A stretch of 64,000 nucleotides of DNA from Actinomycetota bacterium (lineage in GTDB: Bacteria > Actinomycetota > Thermoleophilia > Gaiellales > F1-60-MAGs149): assembly GCA_016870485.1 (NCBI GenBank), contig VGBM01000005.1, positions 24,214-88,213 of the forward strand. Reading direction: 5' to 3'. The notes beneath the pieces are model-generated. The model did not search any database. It was not told the origin of the DNA and worked only from the letters and a program-made list of their open reading frames with translations. How positions within the stretch are numbered: the first letter of the stretch is position 1; every line of letters begins with the position of its first letter. A program made the position numbers and the translations under genes. This document shows positions 22,594-30,215 of this stretch, piece after piece.

Positions 22594-24786
22594 TCAGTCG
22601 GACAGGCCGATGCGCCCGTGCACGCGGCGCAGCCAGGCCGGGGCCCACCAGTTGGCGTCGCCCGCGATCCGCATCAGCGCGGGCACGAGCAGGCCGCGCA
22701 CGAGGGTGGCGTCGATCAGGATCGCGAACGCGGCGCCGAAGCCGAGCTGCTTGATGTTGGTGACGCCGCTCGCGATGAAGGCGATGAACACGATCGCGAT
22801 CAGGATCGCCGCCGCGGTCACGATGCGGCCGGTGCGCTGGAGGCCGAGCGCCACGGCCTCGCGGGTCGTGCTGCCCTGATCGTGGGCCTCCTTGATCCGC
22901 GACAGCAGGAACAGCTCGTAGTCGGTGGAGAGGGCGAAGGCCACGATGGCGACGATCACGAGCGACCCGAGGTCGAGCGTCCCGGTCTGCTGGAAGTCGC
23001 CGGTCAGCCACCGCAGGTGGCCGTCCTGGAAGACCCAGACGAGGACGCCCAGTGTGGCGCCCAGGCCGAGCAGGTTGAGCAGGAGCGCCTTGAAGGGGAT
23101 CAGGATGCTGCCGGTGTACAGGAAGATCACGATCAGCGTGGTGAGCCCCACCCACAGGGCGACCAGCCACAGGCGCGAGACGACGGAGTCGTTGGCGTCC
23201 TCGAAGGACGCGGTGGCCCCGCCGACGAGCACCTCCGACGCCGGACCGGGGAGCGCCCGGATGGCATCGAGGGCCCTGACGGCGGCGGCGGCGGCGAACG
23301 GCTGGTCGCCGACCGCCACGATGCGCGTCAGGTCGCCGTTGACGAGGCCGGCGCCGTTCGGGTTCGGGGCCGGCGCCTGGCCCGCGGCGATCGTCGAGGT
23401 CGGCGTCTCGACCCGGACGATGCCCGGCACGGCGGCCACGGCCTCCGCGTAGGCGTCGACGCCCGCGGCGTCGGCGTCGCGCAGCACGATCTCGAAGGGG
23501 GTGCCCTCCTCGCCGGGGAACTGCTCGCGCAGGAGCTGGCTGGCCTGCGCCGCCGGGTTGTCGGGCGGCAGGGCGCGGTCGTCGACCTGCCCCGGCACGA
23601 CGCGCAGGGCGGGGATCGCGAGCACGAGCAGGACGGCGACGCAGCCGATCAGGACGGGCCAGGGCCGGCCCATCACGGCGCGCGCGACGCGCGACCAGGC
23701 GCCCTCGTCGGTCGGGGTCAGGTCGCCGCGGCGCAGCTTGAGGCGGTTGACGCGCGGGCCGAGCATGGCCAGCAGCGCGGGCAGGCCGGTGAAGGCGCCG
23801 AGGATGGCCATCAGGCTGACGGCCACGCCGGCGTAGGCGAAGGAGCGCAGGAAGTAGAGCGGGAACACCGTCAGCGACGCGAGCGTGAGGGCGACGGTGA
23901 GGCCGGACACCAGCACCGTGCGGCCCGCGGTGCCCATCATGGCCACGACGGCCTCGTCGCCGCTGCCGAGGCGGGCGAGCTCCTCGCGGAAGCGGTTGAT
24001 CATCAGGAGCGCGTAGTCGACGCCGAGGGCGAGGCCGAGCGCGGTGACGAGGTTGAGCGCGAAGATCGACACGTCGGTCGTGAGCGTCGCGAGGAACAGG
24101 AGGAAGAAGCTGCCGAGCGTCGCGAAGATGGCGACGAGGAACGGCAGCCCGGCGGCCACCACGCTGCCGAACACCCACAGGAGCAGGAGCAGCACGATCG
24201 GCACGGCGATCGCCTCGGCCCGGGCGAGGTCCGAGGAGATGGTCGAGCTGACCTCGCTGATGACGGGTTCGGGACCGGCGAAGCTGATCTCGAGCCCGTC
24301 CTGCGCCCCGCCGAAGCGGTCGACGAGGTCGGTGCTGATCGCCTCGCCGTCCGCTCCCGGGTCGGCGTAGACGAGCGCCTGCGCGTAGCGCCCGTCCTGG
24401 CCGCGCAGCTGGGGCGGCTGGCCGGCGCCCCAGTACGAGATGACGCGGGCGACGCCGGCGGTGGCGGTCATCTCGTCGAGGAGCCCGGTGGCGCTCGCGG
24501 CGACGGCCGGGTCGTCGACGTCGCCGTCGGCGCGGATCACGATCACCGCGATCGGGTCGGCCACGCCGTAGCGGTCCGCGAGGAGCCGCTGGACCTCGCC
24601 CGACTCGCTGCCCGGGTTGTCGAAGCCCTCGCCGCCGAGGTTGGGGAACACGCCGAACCCGACCGCGCCGAAGACGGCGAGCAGCACGACGTAGGCGGCG
24701 AGGACGATGCGGCGCCGGCGCACGACGAAGCGGCTCCAGCGCGCGATCGGGGACGACGAGGGGGCGGCGGGGTGAACGCTGTTCAT
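22594..24786 (-). CDS. MMPL-family (RND superfamily) membrane transporter
   Basis: 730 aa from ATG 24786 (the track start at 24843 would overlap the tetR promoter). Two repeated 6-TM halves, each with a large loop. Typical MMPL length and pattern. Confidence 0.85.
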   Translation of the reverse strand: MNSVHPAAPSSSPIARWSRFVVRRRRIVLAAYVVLLAVFGAVGFGVFPNLGGEGFDNPGSESGEVQRLLADRYGVADPIAVIVIRADGDVDDPAVAASATGLLDEMTATAGVARVISYWGAGQPPQLRGQDGRYAQALVYADPGADGEAISTDLVDRFGGAQDGLEISFAGPEPVISEVSSTISSDLARAEAIAVPIVLLLLLWVFGSVVAAGLPFLVAIFATLGSFFLLFLATLTTDVSIFALNLVTALGLALGVDYALLMINRFREELARLGSGDEAVVAMMGTAGRTVLVSGLTVALTLASLTVFPLYFLRSFAYAGVAVSLMAILGAFTGLPALLAMLGPRVNRLKLRRGDLTPTDEGAWSRVARAVMGRPWPVLIGCVAVLLVLAIPALRVVPGQVDDRALPPDNPAAQASQLLREQFPGEEGTPFEIVLRDADAAGVDAYAEAVAAVPGIVRVETPTSTIAAGQAPAPNPNGAGLVNGDLTRIVAVGDQPFAAAAAVRALDAIRALPGPASEVLVGGATASFEDANDSVVSRLWLVALWVGLTTLIVIFLYTGSILIPFKALLLNLLGLGATLGVLVWVFQDGHLRWLTGDFQQTGTLDLGSLVIVAIVAFALSTDYELFLLSRIKEAHDQGSTTREAVALGLQRTGRIVTAAAILIAIVFIAFIASGVTNIKQLGFGAAFAILIDATLVRGLLVPALMRIAGDANWWAPAWLRRVHGRIGLSD

Positions 24787-24811
24787 ATCGGGACTATGGC
24801 AGCCCGATGTG
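24784..24811. promoter_or_regulatory. Inverted repeat, candidate TetR operator in the MMPL/tetR divergent region
   Basis: CATATCGGG-N10-CCCGATGTG with 8 of 9 arm positions complementary. It spans both start codons. Confidence 0.4.
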
Positions 24812-25438
24812 AACGATGTCAAGATACGGGGCGTGAGCCGCACCCGCTACCACCACGGCGCCCTGGCCGAGGCCCTCGTCGACGTCGCCGTCGGGCAGGT
24901 GCGGGCCCAGGGGTCGGAGCGCGTGACGCTGCGCGGCGTCGCGCAGGCGGTCGGCGTCTCGCCGAGCGCGGCCTACAACCACTTCGCCGACAAGGACGCC
25001 CTGCTCGCCGCGGTGGCCCTGCGCGGCCAGGCCGAGCTCGACCGGCGGATCGGGGCGGCGCTGGCCGCCGGCGGCGACGACGACGCGGCGGCGATCGGGC
25101 GGCTGCGGGCGATCGCCCGCGCCTACATCGGCTTCGCCCACGACGACCCCAACCTGTTCCGGCACGCGTTCGGGCCGCACCTCAAGGGCGCGGCCGGGGG
25201 GCACGGCGCCTCGGAGGCCTACGCCATGCTCAACGCGGTCCTCGACGACCTCGACGGCCGCGGGCTCCTGCGCGACGGGGCGCGGCCGGGTCTCGACCTC
25301 GTGGTCTGGTCGACGGTGCACGGCTTCGCGGGCATCGCGCTCGACGGGCTCTGCGCGTGGGAGGCCGCCGACGAGCTGCTCAACGGGATGGAGCGCGCGA
25401 TGCTGACCGCGGCCGGCCTCGGCCTGGCCCTCCGCTAG
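24809..25438 (+). CDS. TetR-family transcriptional regulator
   Basis: 209 aa. Helix-turn-helix VTLRGVAQAVGVSPSAAYNHFADKDALL. Start is GTG 24809 or GTG 24833. Confidence 0.85.
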   Translation: MNDVKIRGVSRTRYHHGALAEALVDVAVGQVRAQGSERVTLRGVAQAVGVSPSAAYNHFADKDALLAAVALRGQAELDRRIGAALAAGGDDDAAAIGRLRAIARAYIGFAHDDPNLFRHAFGPHLKGAAGGHGASEAYAMLNAVLDDLDGRGLLRDGARPGLDLVVWSTVHGFAGIALDGLCAWEAADELLNGMERAMLTAAGLGLALR

Positions 25439-26889
25439 GACACGGAGCCGTCGAGGATCTGGAGGGTCTCCAGGTCCGCGTAGAAGTCGAGCGCGTAGTC
25501 GCCGCCCTCCCGGCCGATGCCGCTCCAGCCGACGCCGCCGAAGGGCGCGGTCAGGTCGCGCACGAGGAAGCAGTTGACCCAGACGGTGCCGGCGCGGATC
25601 GCACGGCCGACGCGCTCGGCGCGCTCGGCCGAGCCGGTGAAGACGATGCCCGAGAGGCCGTAGCGGGTCGAGTTGGCGAGCGCGATCGCCTCATCCTCCG
25701 TGGCGAAGGTCTGGAGGGTGAGGACGGGGCCGAAGACCTCGTGCTGGACGATCTCGGACTCGTTCGAGGCCGGGTAGACGAGGGTGGGCTCGTACCAGAG
25801 GCCGCCGATCACGGGCTGGCGGCCGCCGCGCACGATCTCGTCGCCCGCGGCGCGGGCGCGCTCCACGAAGCCGCTGACCCGGGCCAGGTGGTCGGCGTGG
25901 ATGAGGGGGCTGATCGTGGTCGCCTCGTCACGGGGGTCGCCGAGGACGTGCGCGTCGACGCGGGCGTGGAAGCGCTCGAGAAAGGCGTCGCGGACCGACT
26001 CCTCGACGAGGAGCCGCGTGCCCGACAGGCAGACCTGCCCCGCGTCGTCGTACTGCAGCGCGGCCTTCTGGGCGGCGAGGTCGAGGTCGGCGTCGGCGAA
26101 GACGACGAGCGGGTTCTTGCCGCCGAGCTCCGCCGTGAAGGGGACGATCCCGTCGGCGGCGGCGCGGCCGATGATGCGCGCCGTGTCGGTGGAGCCCGTG
26201 AAGCTGAGCCGGCGCACGCGCGGGTCGGCGGTCAGCGCGGGGCCGACCTCCTCGCCGATGCCCTGCACGAGGTTGAAGACGCCGGGCGGGAAGCCCGCCT
26301 CGTCGACGAGGTCGAAGAGCATGGAGCAGGAGAGCGGCGACCACTCGGCGGGCTTCAGCACCACGGTGCAGCCCGCGGCGAGCGCCGGCGCCGTCTTCCA
26401 GGTCGAGAGCATGAAGGGCGCGTTCCAGGGGGTGATCACGACGGCGGGCCCGCTCGGGCGGCGCAGCACGCGGTTGACGGTGCCGTTCGACTCCCAGACG
26501 CGCTCCGCGTAGGCCACGGACAGGTCCGCGTAGGCCCGGAAGTTGCGGGCGCCGCGGCCGATCACGCGCGCCTTCAGGGAGCGCTCGAGCATCGCCATGT
26601 CGAGGCACTCGACCTCGGCGATCCGGTCCACGTTGGCGTCGATCAGCTCGGCGAGGCGGTGCAGGTGCGCGGCCCGGCCCTCCGGGCCGAGCGCCGCCCA
26701 GGCCGGGAACGCCTCGGTGGCGGCGGCCAGCGCCTGGTCCGCCGTCGCGGCGTCGCCCCGGCTGACCTCGGCGAGCAGCGTCCCGTCGATCGGGGAGCGG
26801 TCCTCGAACGTCTGCGCGGAGCCGACGCGGCGGCCGCCGATGTAGTGCTCGGTCGAGACCGAGTGGCCCGCGACGTCGACGCGGGTCAT
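25435..26889 (-). CDS. NAD(P)+ aldehyde dehydrogenase (hydroxymuconic-semialdehyde-dehydrogenase-like by context)
   Basis: 484 aa from ATG 26889 (ATGA overlap with the upstream gene). ELGGKNP, catalytic Cys in GQVCLSGTRLLV. Confidence 0.88.
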   Translation of the reverse strand: MTRVDVAGHSVSTEHYIGGRRVGSAQTFEDRSPIDGTLLAEVSRGDAATADQALAAATEAFPAWAALGPEGRAAHLHRLAELIDANVDRIAEVECLDMAMLERSLKARVIGRGARNFRAYADLSVAYAERVWESNGTVNRVLRRPSGPAVVITPWNAPFMLSTWKTAPALAAGCTVVLKPAEWSPLSCSMLFDLVDEAGFPPGVFNLVQGIGEEVGPALTADPRVRRLSFTGSTDTARIIGRAAADGIVPFTAELGGKNPLVVFADADLDLAAQKAALQYDDAGQVCLSGTRLLVEESVRDAFLERFHARVDAHVLGDPRDEATTISPLIHADHLARVSGFVERARAAGDEIVRGGRQPVIGGLWYEPTLVYPASNESEIVQHEVFGPVLTLQTFATEDEAIALANSTRYGLSGIVFTGSAERAERVGRAIRAGTVWVNCFLVRDLTAPFGGVGWSGIGREGGDYALDFYADLETLQILDGSVS

Positions 26890-27692
26890 GCCCCGGCCGT
26901 GTAGTCGCGGACGGTCTCGAGGTCGTCCACGGAGTAGGCGAAGGTGAAGCGGTGGCCCTTGCCGACGCGGACGGGGGCCAGCGCGATGTGCTCCTCGTTC
27001 GGGGCGTCGCCGAAGGACAGGGTCGCGTCGCCCTCCCAGATGGTCGAGATCGAGCGGTCGAAGCTCTTGGCGCGCACCAGCTCGTGGACCGCCGGGTCGT
27101 CGTGGTGGCCCTGCGCGAGGCGCGGGAAGTGGCGGCGGTTGACCAGGGGCGGCGCGTTGTGGACGGGGCCGTCGGCGCTCTCGCCGGTGAGGGCGACCGT
27201 GGTCTCGATCAGGCGCCGGTCGTTGGCGGCGAGGGTCCCGCCGAAGACGGAGCCCGGGCCGATCGCCGGGTCGGCCGGCGTGCCGAGGCCGAAGCTGCGC
27301 GTCATCCAGACCGAGCCGAGCTTCTTCGGGAAGCCCTGGATCCAGCCGCGCACGAGCGCGAAGTCGCGGTCGACCCAGATGTACGGGCAGGTCGTGACGA
27401 CCTCGCCGTCGAGGACGCCCGTGACGACGATGAAGGCCTCCTTGTACTGGCTGCGGGCCGGGTCGAGGAGCTCGGCGCCGCCGGTGGTGCAGGACTGCCA
27501 GTCGGCGAAGATGACGGCCGCGCGCCCCGGGTCCTCGGTGAAGGGCTCGATGCCCTCCGGCAGGACGGCGGCGCAGGCCGCGGGGTCGGCCCAGTAGTCG
27601 ATGACCAGGAAGTCGCCGACGTAGTGCCACGGCGGCGGCGGCACGAGGCCGGCGGAGCCGTCGGGGGAGAGGGGGAGGCTGAAGCCCTTCAT
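26886..27692 (-). CDS. Acetoacetate decarboxylase (ADC)-family protein
   Basis: 268 aa from ATG 27692. The N-terminus FSLPLSPDGSAGLVPPPPWHYVGDFLVIDYWADPAACAAVLPEGIEP follows the ADC-family pattern (P..P.yp.PP..y....l.i.Y.tD......LP.pLEP). Confidence 0.7.
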   Translation of the reverse strand: MKGFSLPLSPDGSAGLVPPPPWHYVGDFLVIDYWADPAACAAVLPEGIEPFTEDPGRAAVIFADWQSCTTGGAELLDPARSQYKEAFIVVTGVLDGEVVTTCPYIWVDRDFALVRGWIQGFPKKLGSVWMTRSFGLGTPADPAIGPGSVFGGTLAANDRRLIETTVALTGESADGPVHNAPPLVNRRHFPRLAQGHHDDPAVHELVRAKSFDRSISTIWEGDATLSFGDAPNEEHIALAPVRVGKGHRFTFAYSVDDLETVRDYTAGA

Positions 27693-28624
27693 GCGTCCTC
27701 CAGAGGCGGGAGCTGCTCGCCGCGCGCCTCGCGCTGGTGGCGCTCGTAGTCGACCGCGACGTCGTCGAAGCGGAAGTACGAGCGCGGGGGCAGGATGCCC
27801 CACGTGTTGGAGCCCCAGGCGTCGTCGGGCCAGGTGCGGGGCGTGTGCGGCAGGCGCAGGATCTCCATGTCGCAGTAGAGCTCGACGAAGAGGTTCTCCT
27901 CGGGGATGCGCACGTAGGCGCAGAGGTTGCGCGCGAGGTTGTGGCGGACGGGCCCCCAGCCGAGCCAGCGGCCGTGGCGGCCGAGGTGGTCGAGGAAGAT
28001 GCGCAGCTGGCCCCAGTCGACGATGTCGAAGGCGAGGTGGTGGAAGTGGGCGGGCGCCATCGCCACGAGCGCCATCTGGTGGTGCTCGGGATGGACGTGG
28101 AACCAGATCCCGGCGTCGCCGAGGCGGTCCGAGACGTGCATCCCGAGGACGTCCGTGTAGAAGGCGGTCATCGTGTCGATGTTCGGGGCGAGCACGTTGA
28201 CGTGGCCGAGCCGGCGCGGGTGCATCCCGAACGGCGGGGCGGTGCGCCGGCCGATGTCGGGCCAGAGCTCGATCGGGGTGCGCTCGCGGTAGGCGACGAG
28301 CTGCAGCCCGCTCCCCGACGGGTCGACGAGGCGCAGCGAGCCGTCGGCCTCGCGCTCGTGGTGGACGCCGCAGGCGTCGAGGTGCGCGGCGGCCTCCTCG
28401 AGCGTGCAGTCCGGGGCGAGCTCCCAGGCCGAGTGGTCGTGGTCGGGCTCCGCGTCGGGCACCAGCTCGAGGCAGTAGTCCTCGCTGTCGCAGCGCAGGA
28501 GCGCGCGGCCCGGCTCCCGCGCCACGACCTCGAGCCCGAACTGGACGCTCCAGCGCGCGGTGGCCTCGTCGAGGTCGAGGACGCGCAGGCAGACGTGGTG
28601 GAGGTCGTGCAGGCGGATGCCCAC
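27689..28624 (-). CDS. Two-domain VOC-superfamily extradiol ring-cleavage dioxygenase
   Basis: 311 aa, GTG start. Repeated glyoxalase/VOC modules (LHHVCLRVLDLDEATARW and LGHVNVLAPNIDTMTAFYTDVLGM). Confidence 0.8.
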   Translation of the reverse strand: MGIRLHDLHHVCLRVLDLDEATARWSVQFGLEVVAREPGRALLRCDSEDYCLELVPDAEPDHDHSAWELAPDCTLEEAAAHLDACGVHHEREADGSLRLVDPSGSGLQLVAYRERTPIELWPDIGRRTAPPFGMHPRRLGHVNVLAPNIDTMTAFYTDVLGMHVSDRLGDAGIWFHVHPEHHQMALVAMAPAHFHHLAFDIVDWGQLRIFLDHLGRHGRWLGWGPVRHNLARNLCAYVRIPEENLFVELYCDMEILRLPHTPRTWPDDAWGSNTWGILPPRSYFRFDDVAVDYERHQREARGEQLPPLEDA

Positions 28625-28625
28625 G

Positions 28626-29483
28626 TCAGTCGACCTCCCCGGCGGCGACGCGCCGCTCGGCCTCGTCCTCGGGGATCGCGAGCGCCACGTGGAGGGTGTT
28701 CGCGGAGGTCTCGGGCTGGTCGCCCGGCCCGGTCAGGTCGACGTCCCAGTCGACGACGGTGTTGCGGAGGGCCGGCAGGCCCTCGACCTCGACCTCGACC
28801 ACGTCGCCGGGCGCCATCGGGCGCGAGTTGGCGGGCGTGCCGGTCAGGACGACGTCGCCCGGGCAGAGGGTGATCGTGCGGCAGAGGTCGGCGAGCTGGT
28901 AGCGGTAGTCCCAGATCAGGTCCTCGCCGTCGCCCGACTGGACGACCTCGCCGTTGATCCGCGTGGTCAGCCGGAAGCCCCCGTCGGGCGTCCACGCGTC
29001 GGCGGTGACCATGGCGGGGCCGAGCGGCAGGAAGCCGTCCTGGCCCTTGACGCGCAGCATCGAGCCGCGGTCGGCGTGGCGGAAGTCGTGCAGGCCGACG
29101 TCGTTGGCGGGCGCGAAGCCGGCCACGTGGGCGTGGGCGTCCTCGGGGCGGACGCCCTTCATCTCGCGTCCGATGATGACGGCGAGCTCGCCCTCGTAGT
29201 TGAGGAAGCGGGTGCCGGTGGGGCGGCGCAGCTCGCCGAGGTGCCCGTTGAGGGTGGTCGGCGGCTTCATGAAGTAGGAGGGCTCGGCCGGCATCCTGGC
29301 CTGGTACTCCTCGAGCCGCGAGCGGTAGGTGAGGTGGACGGCGATGATCTTGGTCGGCTCGGCGGGGGCGAGCCAGCGGGCCGTCGCGGGGTCGGCCGAG
29401 CCGCCGCCGTCGAGGCGGATCTCGCCGTCCGCGAGCTCGCCCCAGGCGGGGGCGCCGTCGTGGAGGATGCGGACGCGCAGCAT
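28626..29483 (-). CDS. Fumarylacetoacetate hydrolase-family isomerase/decarboxylase (HpaG-like)
   Basis: 285 aa from ATG 29483. The upstream part of the track ORF has poor third-position GC. NYEGELAVIIG, GDVVLTGTPAN. Confidence 0.85.
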   Translation of the reverse strand: MLRVRILHDGAPAWGELADGEIRLDGGGSADPATARWLAPAEPTKIIAVHLTYRSRLEEYQARMPAEPSYFMKPPTTLNGHLGELRRPTGTRFLNYEGELAVIIGREMKGVRPEDAHAHVAGFAPANDVGLHDFRHADRGSMLRVKGQDGFLPLGPAMVTADAWTPDGGFRLTTRINGEVVQSGDGEDLIWDYRYQLADLCRTITLCPGDVVLTGTPANSRPMAPGDVVEVEVEGLPALRNTVVDWDVDLTGPGDQPETSANTLHVALAIPEDEAERRVAAGEVD

Positions 29484-29579
29484 CAGCGGTCGCTCGGGCG
29501 GTGGCGGGGGTTCGCGGACACGGGCTCCTCCGGGACGGGATCGTACGGCGTCCGCGCGGCCGGGGCCGGCGGACGGCTC

Positions 29580-29784
29580 GATGGATACTGTATCCAATCC
29601 ATTCGGCCGCGTCGATCCCGGGCAGGAGGTCCGCGGGCCAGCCGGGGGCGCCGTGCGGGCCGTAGTCGGGGCCCGCCTCCACCAGGAGGACGTCCGCGCC
29701 GGCCTCGGCGAGGCGCGCGGCGACGACGGCGCCGGCCGAGCCGCCGCCGATCACGGCCACGTCCGCGCGGACCTCCGCGCTCAC
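29580..29784 (-). pseudogene. 5' remnant of a GMC-family FAD oxidoreductase gene
   Basis: GTG 29784 overlaps the cupin stop (GTGA). About 65 codons encode a GMC N-terminus (DVAVIGGGSAGAVVAARLAEAGADVLLVEAGPDYG...WPADLL...EWIGY). Beyond about 29590 the frame only reads Arg/Pro-rich text out of frame with the downstream genes. Confidence 0.45.
29583..29595. promoter_or_regulatory. Perfect palindrome GGATAC-T-GTATCC in an AT-richer patch ~100 bp upstream of the ring-cleavage operon (operator/promoter candidate)
   Basis: 6-bp arms with a 1-nt centre. The minus strand reads TACAGT (-10-like) inside it. Confidence 0.35.
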
Positions 29785-30137
29785 GGCGCGAGGTCCTCCC
29801 AGTCGGTGGTGCCGTAGGTGACGGCGAGGAAGACGCAGTCGGACCCGGCCGCGGCGCCGTGGTAGTGGCGCTCGCCAGCCGGCGCGTCGACGAAGTCGCC
29901 CGGCCGGAGCACCACCTCGCCGTCGGCCGTGCCGACGCACCCCGTGCCGGACAGCACCAACAGCTGCTGGCCGCCCGGGTGGCGGTGCCAGAAGGTGCAG
30001 GCGCCGTCGGCGAAGGACACGCGCGCGATGTCCGGACGCCCCTCGGCCTCCGCCGCCTGGAGCATCTCGAGGCGCACCGCGCCCGTGAAGCGCCCGCCGT
30101 AGAGCTCCGACGCCTCGCCGCCCGTGTGAATCCGCAT
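29781..30137 (-). CDS. Cupin-domain protein
   Basis: 118 aa. Two cupin motifs: FWHRHPGGQQLLVLSGTG and GERHYHGA. Confidence 0.7.
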   Translation of the reverse strand: MRIHTGGEASELYGGRFTGAVRLEMLQAAEAEGRPDIARVSFADGACTFWHRHPGGQQLLVLSGTGCVGTADGEVVLRPGDFVDAPAGERHYHGAAAGSDCVFLAVTYGTTDWEDLAP

Positions 30138-30143
30138 GGCGGC

Positions 30144-30149
30144 ATCATG
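30144..30149 (-). promoter_or_regulatory. -10-like CATGAT 6 nt upstream of the cupin ATG (leaderless arrangement)
   Basis: Minus strand reads CATGAT-GCCGCC-ATG. The same hexamer and spacing occur at rpe. Confidence 0.3.
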
Positions 30150-30200
30150 GCGGATCGCGGCATTGCGGCCCACTGCGCCCGTCACGGGGGTGCCGTTGAC

Positions 30201-30206
30201 TAGGCT
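30201..30206 (+). promoter_or_regulatory. -10-like TAGGCT 9 nt upstream of the ppdK ATG
   Basis: TTGAC-TAGGCT-GCCCGTCTG-ATG. Confidence 0.3.
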
Positions 30207-30215
30207 GCCCGTCTG

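Noticed and set aside
21583-26904. A 1773-aa ORF on the plus strand. Similar giants on the track include 8393-11335 (980 aa), 29781-32789 (1002 aa), 57398-60247 (949 aa), 12010-14250 (746 aa) and 61445-63886 (813 aa).
   Set aside because: Stop codons are rare at this GC content, so frames stay open by chance. The translations are Arg/Ala/Pro/Gly-rich with no family motifs. They lie antisense or out of frame to genes with unmistakable homology (MMPL, ALDH, pyrG, ppdK and others). Only the terminal portions that switch to the high third-position-GC frame are real: the cupin gene, gene C and the like.
29484-29597. The longer FAH-family start at ATG 29597 (MDTVSIEPSAGPG...), as given by the ORF track.
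   Set aside because: The extra 38 codons have many A/T-ending codons, unlike all confident genes here. They overlap the palindrome/promoter patch and are not part of the FAH-family N-terminus, which aligns from MLRVRILHDG at 29483.
28168-29940. A 590-aa minus-strand ORF whose length from GTG 29784 (538 codons) matches a full-length GMC oxidoreductase.
   Set aside because: Only the first ~65 residues look like a GMC protein. The rest is Arg/Pro-rich read-through, out of frame with the well-supported FAH and dioxygenase genes. The length match is a coincidence. I kept only the 5' remnant, as a pseudogene.
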